Assembly (NCBI GenBank): GCA_003516025.1
Contig: CP023991.1
Location: forward strand, 480,001 to 512,000
Length of the DNA stretch: 32,000 bases
Direction: 5' to 3'
Source of the DNA: Candidatus Saccharimonadota bacterium
Lineage (GTDB): Bacteria; Patescibacteriota; Saccharimonadia; Saccharimonadales; UBA4665
Shown: positions 16,947 to 25,835 of the stretch, one piece after another
Position numbering within the stretch: the first letter of the stretch is position 1
Layout of the letters: each line of letters opens with the position of its first letter
The notes under the pieces: generated by a model
The model's input: only the letters and a program-made list of their open reading frames with translations
What the model was told of the DNA's origin: nothing
Database searches by the model: none
Program-made: the position numbers and the translations under genes

Positions 16947-18374
16947 ATGAGCAGCGTATGGATGTCCGTCACCAAAATAGCCAGTAAGGTACAGGCTGGC
17001 GAACTGAAGGCCACAGAGCTGGTTGAGCAGTCACTGGCTATGATCGCCGAAAAGGACGAATACCGGGCAATCATCGCTACCACATCTGAACGCGCCCGGA
17101 GCCGCGCTACAGAGATTGACGCTAAAGTCGCAAACGGCGAAACAGTCGGCGTCTTAGCCGGCGTGCCATTTATCGCAAAAGATAACTTTTTAGTATTTGG
17201 CGCTGAAACAACCGCTGCCAGCAACATTTTGAAAGGTTTCGACGCGCCGTATCAAAGTACTGCCGTCGAGCGCCTGGAAGCTGCCGGCGCCATCTGTGTC
17301 GCCAAAGCCAATCTCGATGCTTTTGCCCACGGTTCCAGCACAGAAAACAGTGATTTTATGGTTACGAAAAATCCGGTTGATCCAACACGCGTGCCCGGTG
17401 GTTCATCGGGTGGATCAGCTGCCGCTGTCGTGCTTGACCTGGCGCCATTCGCGCTGGGAACGGACACCGGCGGATCGATTCGCCTGCCGGCCAGTTTTTG
17501 TGGTGCTGTCGGTTATAAACCAACCTACGGCTTAGTTTCCCGCAGCGGCGTAGTCGCTATGGCCAGCAGCACGGACGTAATCGGCCCCTTAACTCGTACC
17601 GTCGAAGACGCCGCAGTCGTAATGAGTGTTATGGCAGGCAAGGATCGCCTGGACAGTACGACTATCGACAGTACGCCTGCCGAATTCCTCGAACTAACCG
17701 GTGAACTCAAGGGTAAAAAAGTCGGTGTTATAAAAGAATATATGAGCGAGGGTCTCGACGCGGGTGTGCGCGCCCGAATTGAAGCTGCTATTGCCAAGAT
17801 GGAAGAAGCCGGCGCGCTGGTAAGTGAAATCAGTCTGCCATCACTGCCGTTGGCTCTGGCAGCCTACTACATTATTTGTCCGGCCGAGGTTAGCAGCAAC
17901 CTCAGCCGTTACGACGGTCAACGCTATGGTTACACTTATACGGAAGCCGAAAACCTGAGTGAAAGCTTTAGTAAGTCGCGCTCCATCGGCTTTGGCAAAG
18001 AGGCCAAGCGCCGAATTATGATCGGCACCTACGTGCTGTCCAGCGGTTATTACGACGCCTACTACAAGAAAGCGCAGACGGTACGCACCAAGCTTATACA
18101 GGAATTCCAGGGAGCATTCGAGCAGTTTGATTTTCTGGTTGGTCCTGTAGCGCCAACACCGGCGTTTAAGATCGGCGAGAATACCGCTGACCCGCTGCAG
18201 ATGTACCTGACTGATATTATGACCGTCGCCGTCAGTTTAGCTGGCATACCGGCCGTCAGTATACCTGCCGGTTTGAGTGATGGCCTGCCGGTTGGTCTGC
18301 AGATTATGGCCGCTCAACGTAAAGATAAAGAATTATTATCGGTCGCCCAGGCTACCGGGGAGTTACTTGTATGA
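16947..18374 (+). CDS. gatA: Asp/Glu-tRNA amidotransferase subunit A (amidase signature family)
   Basis: 475 aa. It carries the amidase signature GGSSGGSAAAV...GTDTGGSIRLPA. The start could instead be the ATG at 16962. Confidence 0.95.
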   Translation: MSSVWMSVTKIASKVQAGELKATELVEQSLAMIAEKDEYRAIIATTSERARSRATEIDAKVANGETVGVLAGVPFIAKDNFLVFGAETTAASNILKGFDAPYQSTAVERLEAAGAICVAKANLDAFAHGSSTENSDFMVTKNPVDPTRVPGGSSGGSAAAVVLDLAPFALGTDTGGSIRLPASFCGAVGYKPTYGLVSRSGVVAMASSTDVIGPLTRTVEDAAVVMSVMAGKDRLDSTTIDSTPAEFLELTGELKGKKVGVIKEYMSEGLDAGVRARIEAAIAKMEEAGALVSEISLPSLPLALAAYYIICPAEVSSNLSRYDGQRYGYTYTEAENLSESFSKSRSIGFGKEAKRRIMIGTYVLSSGYYDAYYKKAQTVRTKLIQEFQGAFEQFDFLVGPVAPTPAFKIGENTADPLQMYLTDIMTVAVSLAGIPAVSIPAGLSDGLPVGLQIMAAQRKDKELLSVAQATGELLV

Positions 18375-18790
18375 TAGACCTGAATGCTCTGCTGGCGGCC
18401 GCTGCCGTATTGGTCATTTTGGCCCTGCTGTTTGGCACTACGGCAATAAAGCGCCGTACGCGCAAAGCGCTCAACAGTGAATACTTCGGTAACCGCTGGA
18501 AAGAGCTGCAAAAGCTGTGCGGCGATAAAACCACCTGGCCGCTTGCAGTCATTGACGCCGATAAATTGCTTGATGAAGCGCTTCGTAAGAGCCGCGTTAA
18601 AGGCAAGACTATGGGTGAACGTCTGGTAACTGCCCAGCATGATCTCACGAATAATGACGCCGTCTGGTTCGCCCATAAACTGCGTAACAAGCTAGTACAC
18701 GAGCAGTATTCCGGCCTCAAGGAAAACGACGTCAAGAACGCTCTGATTGGGTTTCGCCAGGCCCTAAAAGACTTAGGGGCTTTGAAATGA
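18371..18790 (+). CDS. Small membrane-anchored protein with a HEPN-like RNxxxH motif, inserted between gatA and gatB
   Basis: 139 aa. One N-terminal TM (NALLAAAAVLVILALLFGTTAI) is followed by KRRTRK, which predicts a cytoplasmic C-terminal domain by the positive-inside rule. The rest is helical and contains AHKLRNKLVHE (R105, N106, H110). An ATGA start/stop overlap with gatA occurs at 18371-18374 and with gatB at 18787-18790. Confidence 0.75.
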   Translation: MIDLNALLAAAAVLVILALLFGTTAIKRRTRKALNSEYFGNRWKELQKLCGDKTTWPLAVIDADKLLDEALRKSRVKGKTMGERLVTAQHDLTNNDAVWFAHKLRNKLVHEQYSGLKENDVKNALIGFRQALKDLGALK

Positions 18791-20247
18791 GAGATGATTA
18801 CACTGCGACTATAGGTATTGAGTGCCACGTGCAGCTTAAAACAGTCACAAAATTATTTTCAGCGGTTGGCAACGATGCCCGTGAAGCACCCCCTAACACC
18901 CTGGTGAGTCACATAGATTTTGGCCTGCCTGGCGCTTTGCCTGTGCTCAACAAAGAAGCCGTCCATTTGGCGATGAGGGCGGCCTTCGCGCTTGGCTCTG
19001 AACCGCAAAAGTTCAGCAAGTTTGACCGCAAGCATTATTTCTATCCTGATCTTCCGCTCGGTTATCAGATTACCCAGTTTGACGAGCCAATTATTCTCGG
19101 CGGCTCGATAACCGTTGATGTCGACGGCCAGCAAAAAACCATCGGCATTACCCGGGCTCATCTTGAAGCGGATGCCGGTAAAAGTACCCATCCGGCCGGT
19201 CCAGGAAAGAGCGACTACAGCCTGGTTGACCTCAACCGGGCCGGCACGCCGCTGCTTGAGATTGTCTCGGAGCCGGACATGCACGCCGCCGCGGAGGCTA
19301 AAGCCTATGCCCACGAGCTCTACCTGCGTATGAAGTACGCCGATGTGTCCGAAGCCAACCTGTATTACGGCAATATGCGCTTTGACGTAAATGTCAGTGT
19401 CAGTAAGAACATGGATCTGGGCACCCGTACTGAAACCAAGAACATCAATAGCTTCCGGGCCGTGGAAAAGGTTGTCGAGTACGAGATCAACCGCCAAATT
19501 GAGGTTCTGGAAGCTGGCGGACAGATTGACCAGGAAACCCGGGGCTGGGATGACGCTAAATTGAAGACATTCAGCCAGCGCAGCAAAGAAGATGCCCATG
19601 ATTACCGTTATTTCCCCGATCCCGACCTGCCACCCGTTGTCCTCAACCAGGAATACATCGAGGAGGTCAGGGCTGAGATGCCGGTTCTACCAGATGAATT
19701 CCGTGCTTTATTTAGCGAAATAGGCTTGGACAGTAAGACTTCCAGTGACCTTTTAGCCGTACCAAGTACTGCCGCGCGGGTAAAACGCGTCTACGAGGCC
19801 GCAGACGCGTCACACGCTAAACGTGTGGCCTTTTGGCTGCTCCAGGGCCAAAAGGCCACTGACGCTTCTATAGAGGAAGGCAACAGCACTACTGAGCCTT
19901 CCGACACCATCAGTGACGAAAAGTATCTTACTGTGTCGCGCATGGTAGCTGATAACAAGCTTAGTTCGACCACAGCTAAAGAACTGTTAACTGCGCTGCG
20001 TACCAGCACGGCGAATCCTGAAACACTAGCTGGCGAGCTGAACCTTATCCAGGAATCAAACGAAGATGCTCTGATTACCATTGTTGACCGGGTTTTAGCG
20101 GATAACGCCAAAGCAGCCGAAGACGTCAAAAATGGCGAAATGAAGGCTATTGGCTTCCTGGTCGGCCAGGTCATGAAGGCTTCGCAGGGCAAAGCAAACC
20201 CCGGGCTGGCTCAGCAGCTTATTAAGCGGCAACTCGGCCTGTCGTGA
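18787..20247 (+). CDS. gatB: Asp/Glu-tRNA amidotransferase subunit B
   Basis: 486 aa. It carries TIGIECHVQLKT.TKLF, RAHLEADAGK, and the C-terminal GatB_Yqey tail (GFLVGQVMKASQGKANP). Confidence 0.95.
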   Translation: MRDDYTATIGIECHVQLKTVTKLFSAVGNDAREAPPNTLVSHIDFGLPGALPVLNKEAVHLAMRAAFALGSEPQKFSKFDRKHYFYPDLPLGYQITQFDEPIILGGSITVDVDGQQKTIGITRAHLEADAGKSTHPAGPGKSDYSLVDLNRAGTPLLEIVSEPDMHAAAEAKAYAHELYLRMKYADVSEANLYYGNMRFDVNVSVSKNMDLGTRTETKNINSFRAVEKVVEYEINRQIEVLEAGGQIDQETRGWDDAKLKTFSQRSKEDAHDYRYFPDPDLPPVVLNQEYIEEVRAEMPVLPDEFRALFSEIGLDSKTSSDLLAVPSTAARVKRVYEAADASHAKRVAFWLLQGQKATDASIEEGNSTTEPSDTISDEKYLTVSRMVADNKLSSTTAKELLTALRTSTANPETLAGELNLIQESNEDALITIVDRVLADNAKAAEDVKNGEMKAIGFLVGQVMKASQGKANPGLAQQLIKRQLGLS

Positions 20248-20281
20248 TAGACTGAAAGCATAATCCGGAGGCAATCACTAC

Positions 20282-21169
20282 ATGGCACGAGTAACTAAAG
20301 CAGTCATAGCAGCGGCTGGGTTCGGAACCCGCTTTTTACCGCAAACCAAAGCTATGCCCAAAGAAATGCTGCCGCTTATCGATAAGCCGATTATCCAGTA
20401 TGTGGTAGAGGAGTTAGTCGCAGCCGGTATTCAGGACATTATCATCATCAGTGGTTCCAATAAACGCAGCATCGAGGACCATTTTGACGTGCCAAACCAG
20501 GACCTGGTCGGCAACCTGAAGGCCGGCGGTGCGAAGAAGCAGCCGCTGCTCGCGCAGGTCGAAGCCATTGGCAACCTGGCGAATTTCGTGTACATTCGCC
20601 AAAAGGGCCCGTACGGAAACGCGACGCCGGTTGTCTGCGCGCGCCACCTGCTTGGCAATGAGCCGTTTATTTATACGTTCGCGGACGATTTCTTCGTGTC
20701 TAACCCTGGCCGTACCCAGCAGTTGATTGATGTGTACGATACCTATAACGGGTCGGTGTTCGCCTGTAAAACGGTAACTGACGATAGTGAATATGATCGT
20801 TACGGCATTGTGGCCGGCACGCAGGTCGCTGATGGCATCCGCAAAGTAGACCATGTAGTAGAAAAACCCGGTAAAGCTGCCGCGCCCTCCAACATGGCCA
20901 GCGTCAGCGGATATTTGCTGACTCCGGAAATCTTTCCCTATATTGATAAGGCAATCGCCAGTTATGAAAGCGGAGAACTGATGATCCAGCCCGTTATGCA
21001 GGCCATGATAGACGACGGACATGCCTTCTACGCTAAGGAAATTCAGAACGGCAGTTACTATGACACCGGTGACAAGCTGGAGTACTTAAAGACCGTGATT
21101 GACTTCGCGCTGAAAGACCCGGACATGGGCGAGGCCGTGAAGCAGTTTATACATGATAAATCCGCCTAA
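20282..21169 (+). CDS. galU: UTP--glucose-1-phosphate uridylyltransferase
   Basis: 295 aa. It carries KAVIAAAGFGTRFLP.TKAMPKEMLPL.DKP.IQY and VEKP. A GGAGG SD is present. Confidence 0.9.
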   Translation: MARVTKAVIAAAGFGTRFLPQTKAMPKEMLPLIDKPIIQYVVEELVAAGIQDIIIISGSNKRSIEDHFDVPNQDLVGNLKAGGAKKQPLLAQVEAIGNLANFVYIRQKGPYGNATPVVCARHLLGNEPFIYTFADDFFVSNPGRTQQLIDVYDTYNGSVFACKTVTDDSEYDRYGIVAGTQVADGIRKVDHVVEKPGKAAAPSNMASVSGYLLTPEIFPYIDKAIASYESGELMIQPVMQAMIDDGHAFYAKEIQNGSYYDTGDKLEYLKTVIDFALKDPDMGEAVKQFIHDKSA

Positions 21170-21287
21170 ACATTCCAAATAACCGGTAAAGTGAATTTTC
21201 TTTCATCATTTAACTACTTTTGGTGATATAACAGTAAGTACGGGCACCTTATAACTACAAATTAATTGGAGAATCCTGGAGACATCT

Positions 21288-21533
21288 ATGGAAAATGCTG
21301 AATCTATCCTCGTTATTATTGTCTCGTCATTTCTGACGCTATTTTTAATCGCCGTTATCGTGTTGCTGGTGCTTGTTATCAAATTGGTCAAGCAGCTTAA
21401 GAAAATTGCCGATAAAGCTGAAAAAGCAGTCGAGTCGGTAGAACATGCCGGTGATATCTTTAAGAATACCGCGGGACCACTCGGTGCCGCCAAATTTATG
21501 CGCAACGTTTATAAGCAGTTTAAGAAGAAGTAA
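21288..21533 (+). CDS. Small single-pass membrane protein, DUF948/YtxG-like
   Basis: 81 aa. It has an N-terminal TM (ILVIIVSSFLTLFLIAVIVLLVLVI) followed by a charged helix. Its size and architecture, and its position immediately before a YtxH-like gene, resemble the Firmicute ytxG-ytxH arrangement. Confidence 0.6.
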   Translation: MENAESILVIIVSSFLTLFLIAVIVLLVLVIKLVKQLKKIADKAEKAVESVEHAGDIFKNTAGPLGAAKFMRNVYKQFKKK

Positions 21534-21538
21534 GTCAT

Positions 21539-21940
21539 ATGAAAAAAGGATTTAGACAGTTTGCGATCGGAACGTTGATCGCTGGTGCCGCGGGGTTCGT
21601 CGCCGGCGTATTAACCGCCCCTAAAAGCGGTAAAGAGATGCGCACGGATATAAAGACGAAGACCGCGGTTACTATCACTGAAGCCGAAGACCAGCTTAAA
21701 AAGGCTCATACGGAGCTCAATGATTTGCTTGCCCAGGTAAAGGGCCGCGGCAATGATACAAAGGGCAAGGCGAAGGAAGAGTATGACGAGCTGACTGCCA
21801 AAGCCGTGACCGCCAAGCAAAAAGTCCGCGAAATACTGAGTGCCGTACATGAAGGCGATGCCGACAACAAAGAGTTGCAGCGGGCCTTAACAGAGGCGAA
21901 GAAGGCCGTTAAGCACCTCAGGCTATACCTTAAGAAATAA
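21539..21940 (+). CDS. YtxH-like general-stress-type membrane-associated protein
   Basis: 133 aa. It has an N-terminal hydrophobic helix plus the YtxH hallmark LTAPKSGKEMR, followed by a long charged coiled region. Confidence 0.75.
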   Translation: MKKGFRQFAIGTLIAGAAGFVAGVLTAPKSGKEMRTDIKTKTAVTITEAEDQLKKAHTELNDLLAQVKGRGNDTKGKAKEEYDELTAKAVTAKQKVREILSAVHEGDADNKELQRALTEAKKAVKHLRLYLKK

Positions 21941-21980
21941 AAATTCCCTTACTATACAGCTTGTTGTAAAAAAATAGACC

Positions 21981-22017
21981 GCCGCTTCCGTACTTCTCGG
22001 AAGCGGCTTTTACCTTT
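21981..22017 (+). terminator. Rho-independent terminator after the YtxH-like gene
   Basis: A perfect 10-bp GC-rich stem GCCGCTTCCG / CGGAAGCGGC has a 7-nt loop and is followed by TTTTACCTTT. Confidence 0.8.
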
Positions 22018-22060
22018 ATACTTAAGTAGTAAAGAAGGGTAACAGCAGGGTGATAGTACT

Positions 22061-25000
22061 ATGAGTTCGTCCACGCTCCAAGCAAGCGATTATGTGCACT
22101 TGCATAACCACACGCAGTACAGTTTGCTCGACGGTCTGACAAAGCTGCCGGCGTTGTTTAATTTTGCCAAAGATACCGGTATGACCGCGGTAGCTATGAC
22201 CGATCACGGTACCTTATCGGGCGCGATTGATTTCTATAAAAAAGGACTCGACGCCGGTGTTAAACCAATCATCGGCATTGAGACCTATGTGGCTGCCCGT
22301 GGGCACAAGGACAAAGATCCACAAAAGGATAAACAGCGTTACCATCTGATCTTGCTGGCCATGAACCACAAGGGTTACCAAAACCTGATGAAGCTCAGCA
22401 CTGTCGCGAACCTCGAAGGTTTCTATTACTACCCGCGTGTCGACCACGAACTGCTCGAACAGTATAACGAAGGTATTATCGCCTTGAGTGCCTGTATGGG
22501 TGGTGAGGTCGGTGACCGCCTCAGGAACGGCCAGTATGACCAGGCTCGTGAAGTTGCTGAGTGGTACAAGAGCGTATTCGGCGACCGTTACTATCTGGAA
22601 ATTCAAGACCACGGCCATCCTAAGAACGAGTTGTACAGCCCGGAACAGGGCAATATTAACACCCAGGTGCTACAACTGGGCACCGAACTTGATATTCCTG
22701 TGGCGCTCACCTGCGACGCCCACTATTTGAAGCATGAGGACCAGGACGCCCACGAAATCCTCCTTTGTGTGGGTACGGGTTCATTCTTAAGCGATGAAAA
22801 GCGCATGTCACTTAAGGACTACCCACTGCACGTGGTAGACCCGCAGGAGCTTATCGCGCGCTGGGGAGATGAGCATCCGGAGGTTATCACCAACACCAAG
22901 GCGATTGCTGACCGCTGTAACCTGGAAATTGAGCTTGGCAAGATCCTGATTCCTCAGTTCCCAGTTCCGGAAGGCGAAACCGAAGAGTCGTACCTCACGA
23001 AGCTGACTTTCCAGGGACTGGCCTGGCGTTACGCCACCGTCCCGGAAGAGCAGGCCAAAACCATGTCCGTCGACGAAGTGCGTGCCGTGTTGGATAAAAA
23101 GGTGCTGGAACGGGCCGACTATGAACTAAGCGTCATTGCCCAGATGGGGTTCAATGGTTACTTCCTGATCATCTCCGACTTTATGAACTGGGGTAAGGAC
23201 AAGGGTATTGTATTCGGTCCCGGCCGTGGTTCCGCTGCCGGCTCGATTATCTCGTATGCCATGAAAATCACCGAACTTGATCCACTGAAGTACGACCTGC
23301 TGTTTGAACGTTTCCTTAACCCGGACCGTATCTCTATGCCCGATGTTGATATCGATATTCAGGATACGCGCCGTGATGAGGTAATCGAGTACTGTGCCGC
23401 CAAATACGGCCAGGAGCGTGTCTCCAACATCGCGACTTTTGGTACGATGGCCGCCCGTAATGCCGTGCGCGACGTTGCCCGCGTGCTGCAGGTTCCGTAC
23501 GCCGAAGCTGACCGTTGGTCAAAAATGGTGCCGGCACCAGTGCAGGGGCGGCATATTCCTTTGGAAATCAGCCTGCAAAAGGATCCGGACCTCAAAAAAG
23601 AATATGAGACGAACGAGCAGGCCAAAGAAGTGTTCGATCTGGCGGTGCGCGTAGAAGGCACAATCCGGTCGCATGGCATCCATGCCTGCGGTGTAGTGAT
23701 CGCGCCCGACGACATCGTCAAGTTCGTGCCGCTGGAAATGGCCCAAAAAGGTGTCGTGGCTACGCAATACTCCAAAGACCCTGTCGAAGAGCTGGGCCTG
23801 CTTAAGATGGACTTTTTGGGCCTGTCTAACCTGACGGTTATTAATAACACGCTGCGTATTATCCGCAAAGTGTACGGCGCGGAGATTGACATTAACAACC
23901 TGCCGCTGGACGACGACAAGACCTTTGAGCTTCTGCAGCGCGGCGACACCACCGGAGTCTTCCAGTTTGAATCTAGTGGTATGAAACGCTATCTGCGAGA
24001 GCTGAAAGCCACCGAATTCGATGATGTCATCGCCATGGGTGCCTTATACCGCCCCGGTCCGCTGAGCGCCGGCCTGACCGACAGCTTTATTAAGCGTAAA
24101 AATGGCCTGGAAGATATTCAGTATGCCCACCCGCTCATGAAGGGTGCCTTGGAGTCAACCTTCGGTGTCCTGGTGTATCAGGAGCAGGTGATGCGCATTA
24201 GCCGTGATGTTTGTGGATTCACCGGCGGTGAAGCCGATACGCTGCGTAAGGCCATTGGTAAGAAGAAAAAAGATGTGATGGAAAAGATGTCCATCAAGTT
24301 TATGGACGGCGCCGTGGCTAACGGCGTACCGCGGAGCGTCATCGAAAAGTTTTGGAAAGACCTGCTCGGTTTCGCGGACTACTGTTTTAACAAATCCCAC
24401 TCCGCCTGCTACGGCATGATTTCTTACCAGACTGCCTACCTCAAAGCGCATTACCCGGCAGCTTTTATGGCAGCCCTTATGACCAGTGACTACGATGACA
24501 CCGACCGTTTGGCTATCGAGATTAACGAATGTCAGAAGATGGGCATTCCGGTGCTCAGCCCGGATGTGAACGAATCATTTTTGGAATTCGCCGTAGTGCC
24601 AGATAAGGAAAACCCAGATAACCGTAAGGCACCTATCCGTTTCGGTATGGCGGCCATCAAGAATGTCGGTACTGGTGCCGTAGAAGAGATCCTGCGTGCC
24701 CGGGCGGCATGTGATGGCGGCGGTTTTCATGACCTTAATGAATTCCTGTCCTGCGTTAACCCAAGGGTGGCCAACAAGAAAGCCCTGGAAAGCCTGGTTA
24801 AGGCCGGTGCTTTTGATACTATCTGTAAAGAAGTAGCCGATCGCTCGCAGCTGCTCCATAACCTGGAAACGATGCTGGCGCATGCCAACCGTGTACAGAA
24901 AGACGCAAATAGCGGCCAGACCGATCTATTCGGTAATGCCATTGATTCCGGGCATTTGAAGCCCCAGCTGACCCTCGAGGCGGCAATTACCAAATACAGC

Positions 25001-25741
25001 ACGCACGACCAGCTGTTATGGGAGCGTGAACTGCTGGGCTTGTACTTGAGCCAACACCCACTGGATATGTATACCGCTTTCCTGGAAGAGCGTACCATGC
25101 CGCTCAAAGAGCTCAATAAGGGCCACGATGGCAAGAGCGTGACGGTTGGTGGCGTCGTGACCGATATGCGCGAAATTACCACCAAAAAGGGCGATAAGAT
25201 GGCTTTCGTGAAGATCGAAGACAAAGCCGGTGAAACCGAGGCCATCCTGTTTCCGCGCACCTATCAGACAACTATAGGGCTGTGGGAACGCGATAAAATC
25301 GTGCTGATTCACGGTAAGGTCAACGCCCGCGACCGCGAGGGCGGCTTGACTGACGAATACAAGATTTTGGTTGATGACGCCCGTGAAGTGACGCCTGAGC
25401 AGGCCCAGGCCTATCAGGCCACCGGCCGCAAAGCAAAAGTACCGAAGCCGGTAAAAAAGCGAGCCTTAGCTATGAAAGGCCCGGGCGCTAAGGCTGCCGA
25501 TGAAGTGACCGCCCCGGCCGAGCGCGTATACATCCGTTTAGTTAATGCCGGCGATAACGCCGTGCTAATGTCTTTGAAGCAGACAATCGATAATAATCAG
25601 GGTCCGACTGATGTCATATTGGTACTGGGTCCCGATGCGTCGAAGCAGGCCATTAAATTACCAATGGGTCTGAGCAACGGCGAAGCGGCCTTAACGCAGT
25701 TACAACAGCTGGTTGGTGCTGAGAACGTCAAAGTCCAATAG
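22061..25741 (+). CDS. dnaE: DNA polymerase III alpha subunit
   Basis: 1226 aa. It has an N-terminal PHP domain (VHLHNHTQYSLLDG), the polymerase core (GPGRGSAAGS, PDVDIDI), an HhH region, an OB fold and a C-terminal domain. Confidence 0.97.
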   Translation: MSSSTLQASDYVHLHNHTQYSLLDGLTKLPALFNFAKDTGMTAVAMTDHGTLSGAIDFYKKGLDAGVKPIIGIETYVAARGHKDKDPQKDKQRYHLILLAMNHKGYQNLMKLSTVANLEGFYYYPRVDHELLEQYNEGIIALSACMGGEVGDRLRNGQYDQAREVAEWYKSVFGDRYYLEIQDHGHPKNELYSPEQGNINTQVLQLGTELDIPVALTCDAHYLKHEDQDAHEILLCVGTGSFLSDEKRMSLKDYPLHVVDPQELIARWGDEHPEVITNTKAIADRCNLEIELGKILIPQFPVPEGETEESYLTKLTFQGLAWRYATVPEEQAKTMSVDEVRAVLDKKVLERADYELSVIAQMGFNGYFLIISDFMNWGKDKGIVFGPGRGSAAGSIISYAMKITELDPLKYDLLFERFLNPDRISMPDVDIDIQDTRRDEVIEYCAAKYGQERVSNIATFGTMAARNAVRDVARVLQVPYAEADRWSKMVPAPVQGRHIPLEISLQKDPDLKKEYETNEQAKEVFDLAVRVEGTIRSHGIHACGVVIAPDDIVKFVPLEMAQKGVVATQYSKDPVEELGLLKMDFLGLSNLTVINNTLRIIRKVYGAEIDINNLPLDDDKTFELLQRGDTTGVFQFESSGMKRYLRELKATEFDDVIAMGALYRPGPLSAGLTDSFIKRKNGLEDIQYAHPLMKGALESTFGVLVYQEQVMRISRDVCGFTGGEADTLRKAIGKKKKDVMEKMSIKFMDGAVANGVPRSVIEKFWKDLLGFADYCFNKSHSACYGMISYQTAYLKAHYPAAFMAALMTSDYDDTDRLAIEINECQKMGIPVLSPDVNESFLEFAVVPDKENPDNRKAPIRFGMAAIKNVGTGAVEEILRARAACDGGGFHDLNEFLSCVNPRVANKKALESLVKAGAFDTICKEVADRSQLLHNLETMLAHANRVQKDANSGQTDLFGNAIDSGHLKPQLTLEAAITKYSTHDQLLWERELLGLYLSQHPLDMYTAFLEERTMPLKELNKGHDGKSVTVGGVVTDMREITTKKGDKMAFVKIEDKAGETEAILFPRTYQTTIGLWERDKIVLIHGKVNARDREGGLTDEYKILVDDAREVTPEQAQAYQATGRKAKVPKPVKKRALAMKGPGAKAADEVTAPAERVYIRLVNAGDNAVLMSLKQTIDNNQGPTDVILVLGPDASKQAIKLPMGLSNGEAALTQLQQLVGAENVKVQ

Positions 25742-25835
25742 CCGCATTCTCGTTATTCATAATACAAAAAAATTACTGGCCAAAAAATAAAAAGACCATT
25801 CATCTAGAGCCGCCAGCTATTAATTGGTGGCAGCA

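Noticed and set aside
18372-18374. Possible alternative genetic code (UGA recoding, as in some CPR lineages).
   Set aside because: TGA ends gatA (18372-18374), the 139-aa insert (18788-18790), gatB (20245-20247) and rnhB (30573-30575), all at positions where the homologous proteins normally end. All large genes are intact under the standard code.
18859-19599. A long antisense ORF (246 aa) inside gatB. Similar long antisense ORFs occur at 16017-16577 (uvrB), 23359-23952 and 24727-25260 (dnaE), 20414-21022 (galU), 5845-6423 (ppa) and 9503-10027 (tktC).
   Set aside because: Each lies entirely opposite a gene with unmistakable conserved motifs. Their translations are low-complexity (Ser/Arg/Ala/Pro-rich) with no motifs. 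They look like shadow ORFs generated by the codon bias of the sense strand.
25300-25741. The ~140-aa region of DnaE after the OB fold, considered as a possible novel appended domain.
   Set aside because: Full-length DnaE proteins commonly carry a C-terminal domain of similar size after the OB fold (the tau/clamp-interaction region in E. coli), and the overall length is ordinary.
25809-25831. Hairpin GCCGCCAG-N7-TTGGTGGC between dnaE and the CAP-domain gene, considered as a bidirectional terminator.
   Set aside because: The stem needs two G-U pairs on the plus strand, which become C-A mismatches on the minus strand. No U-tract follows it on the plus strand, and it abuts the CAP gene stop. The evidence is too weak to annotate.
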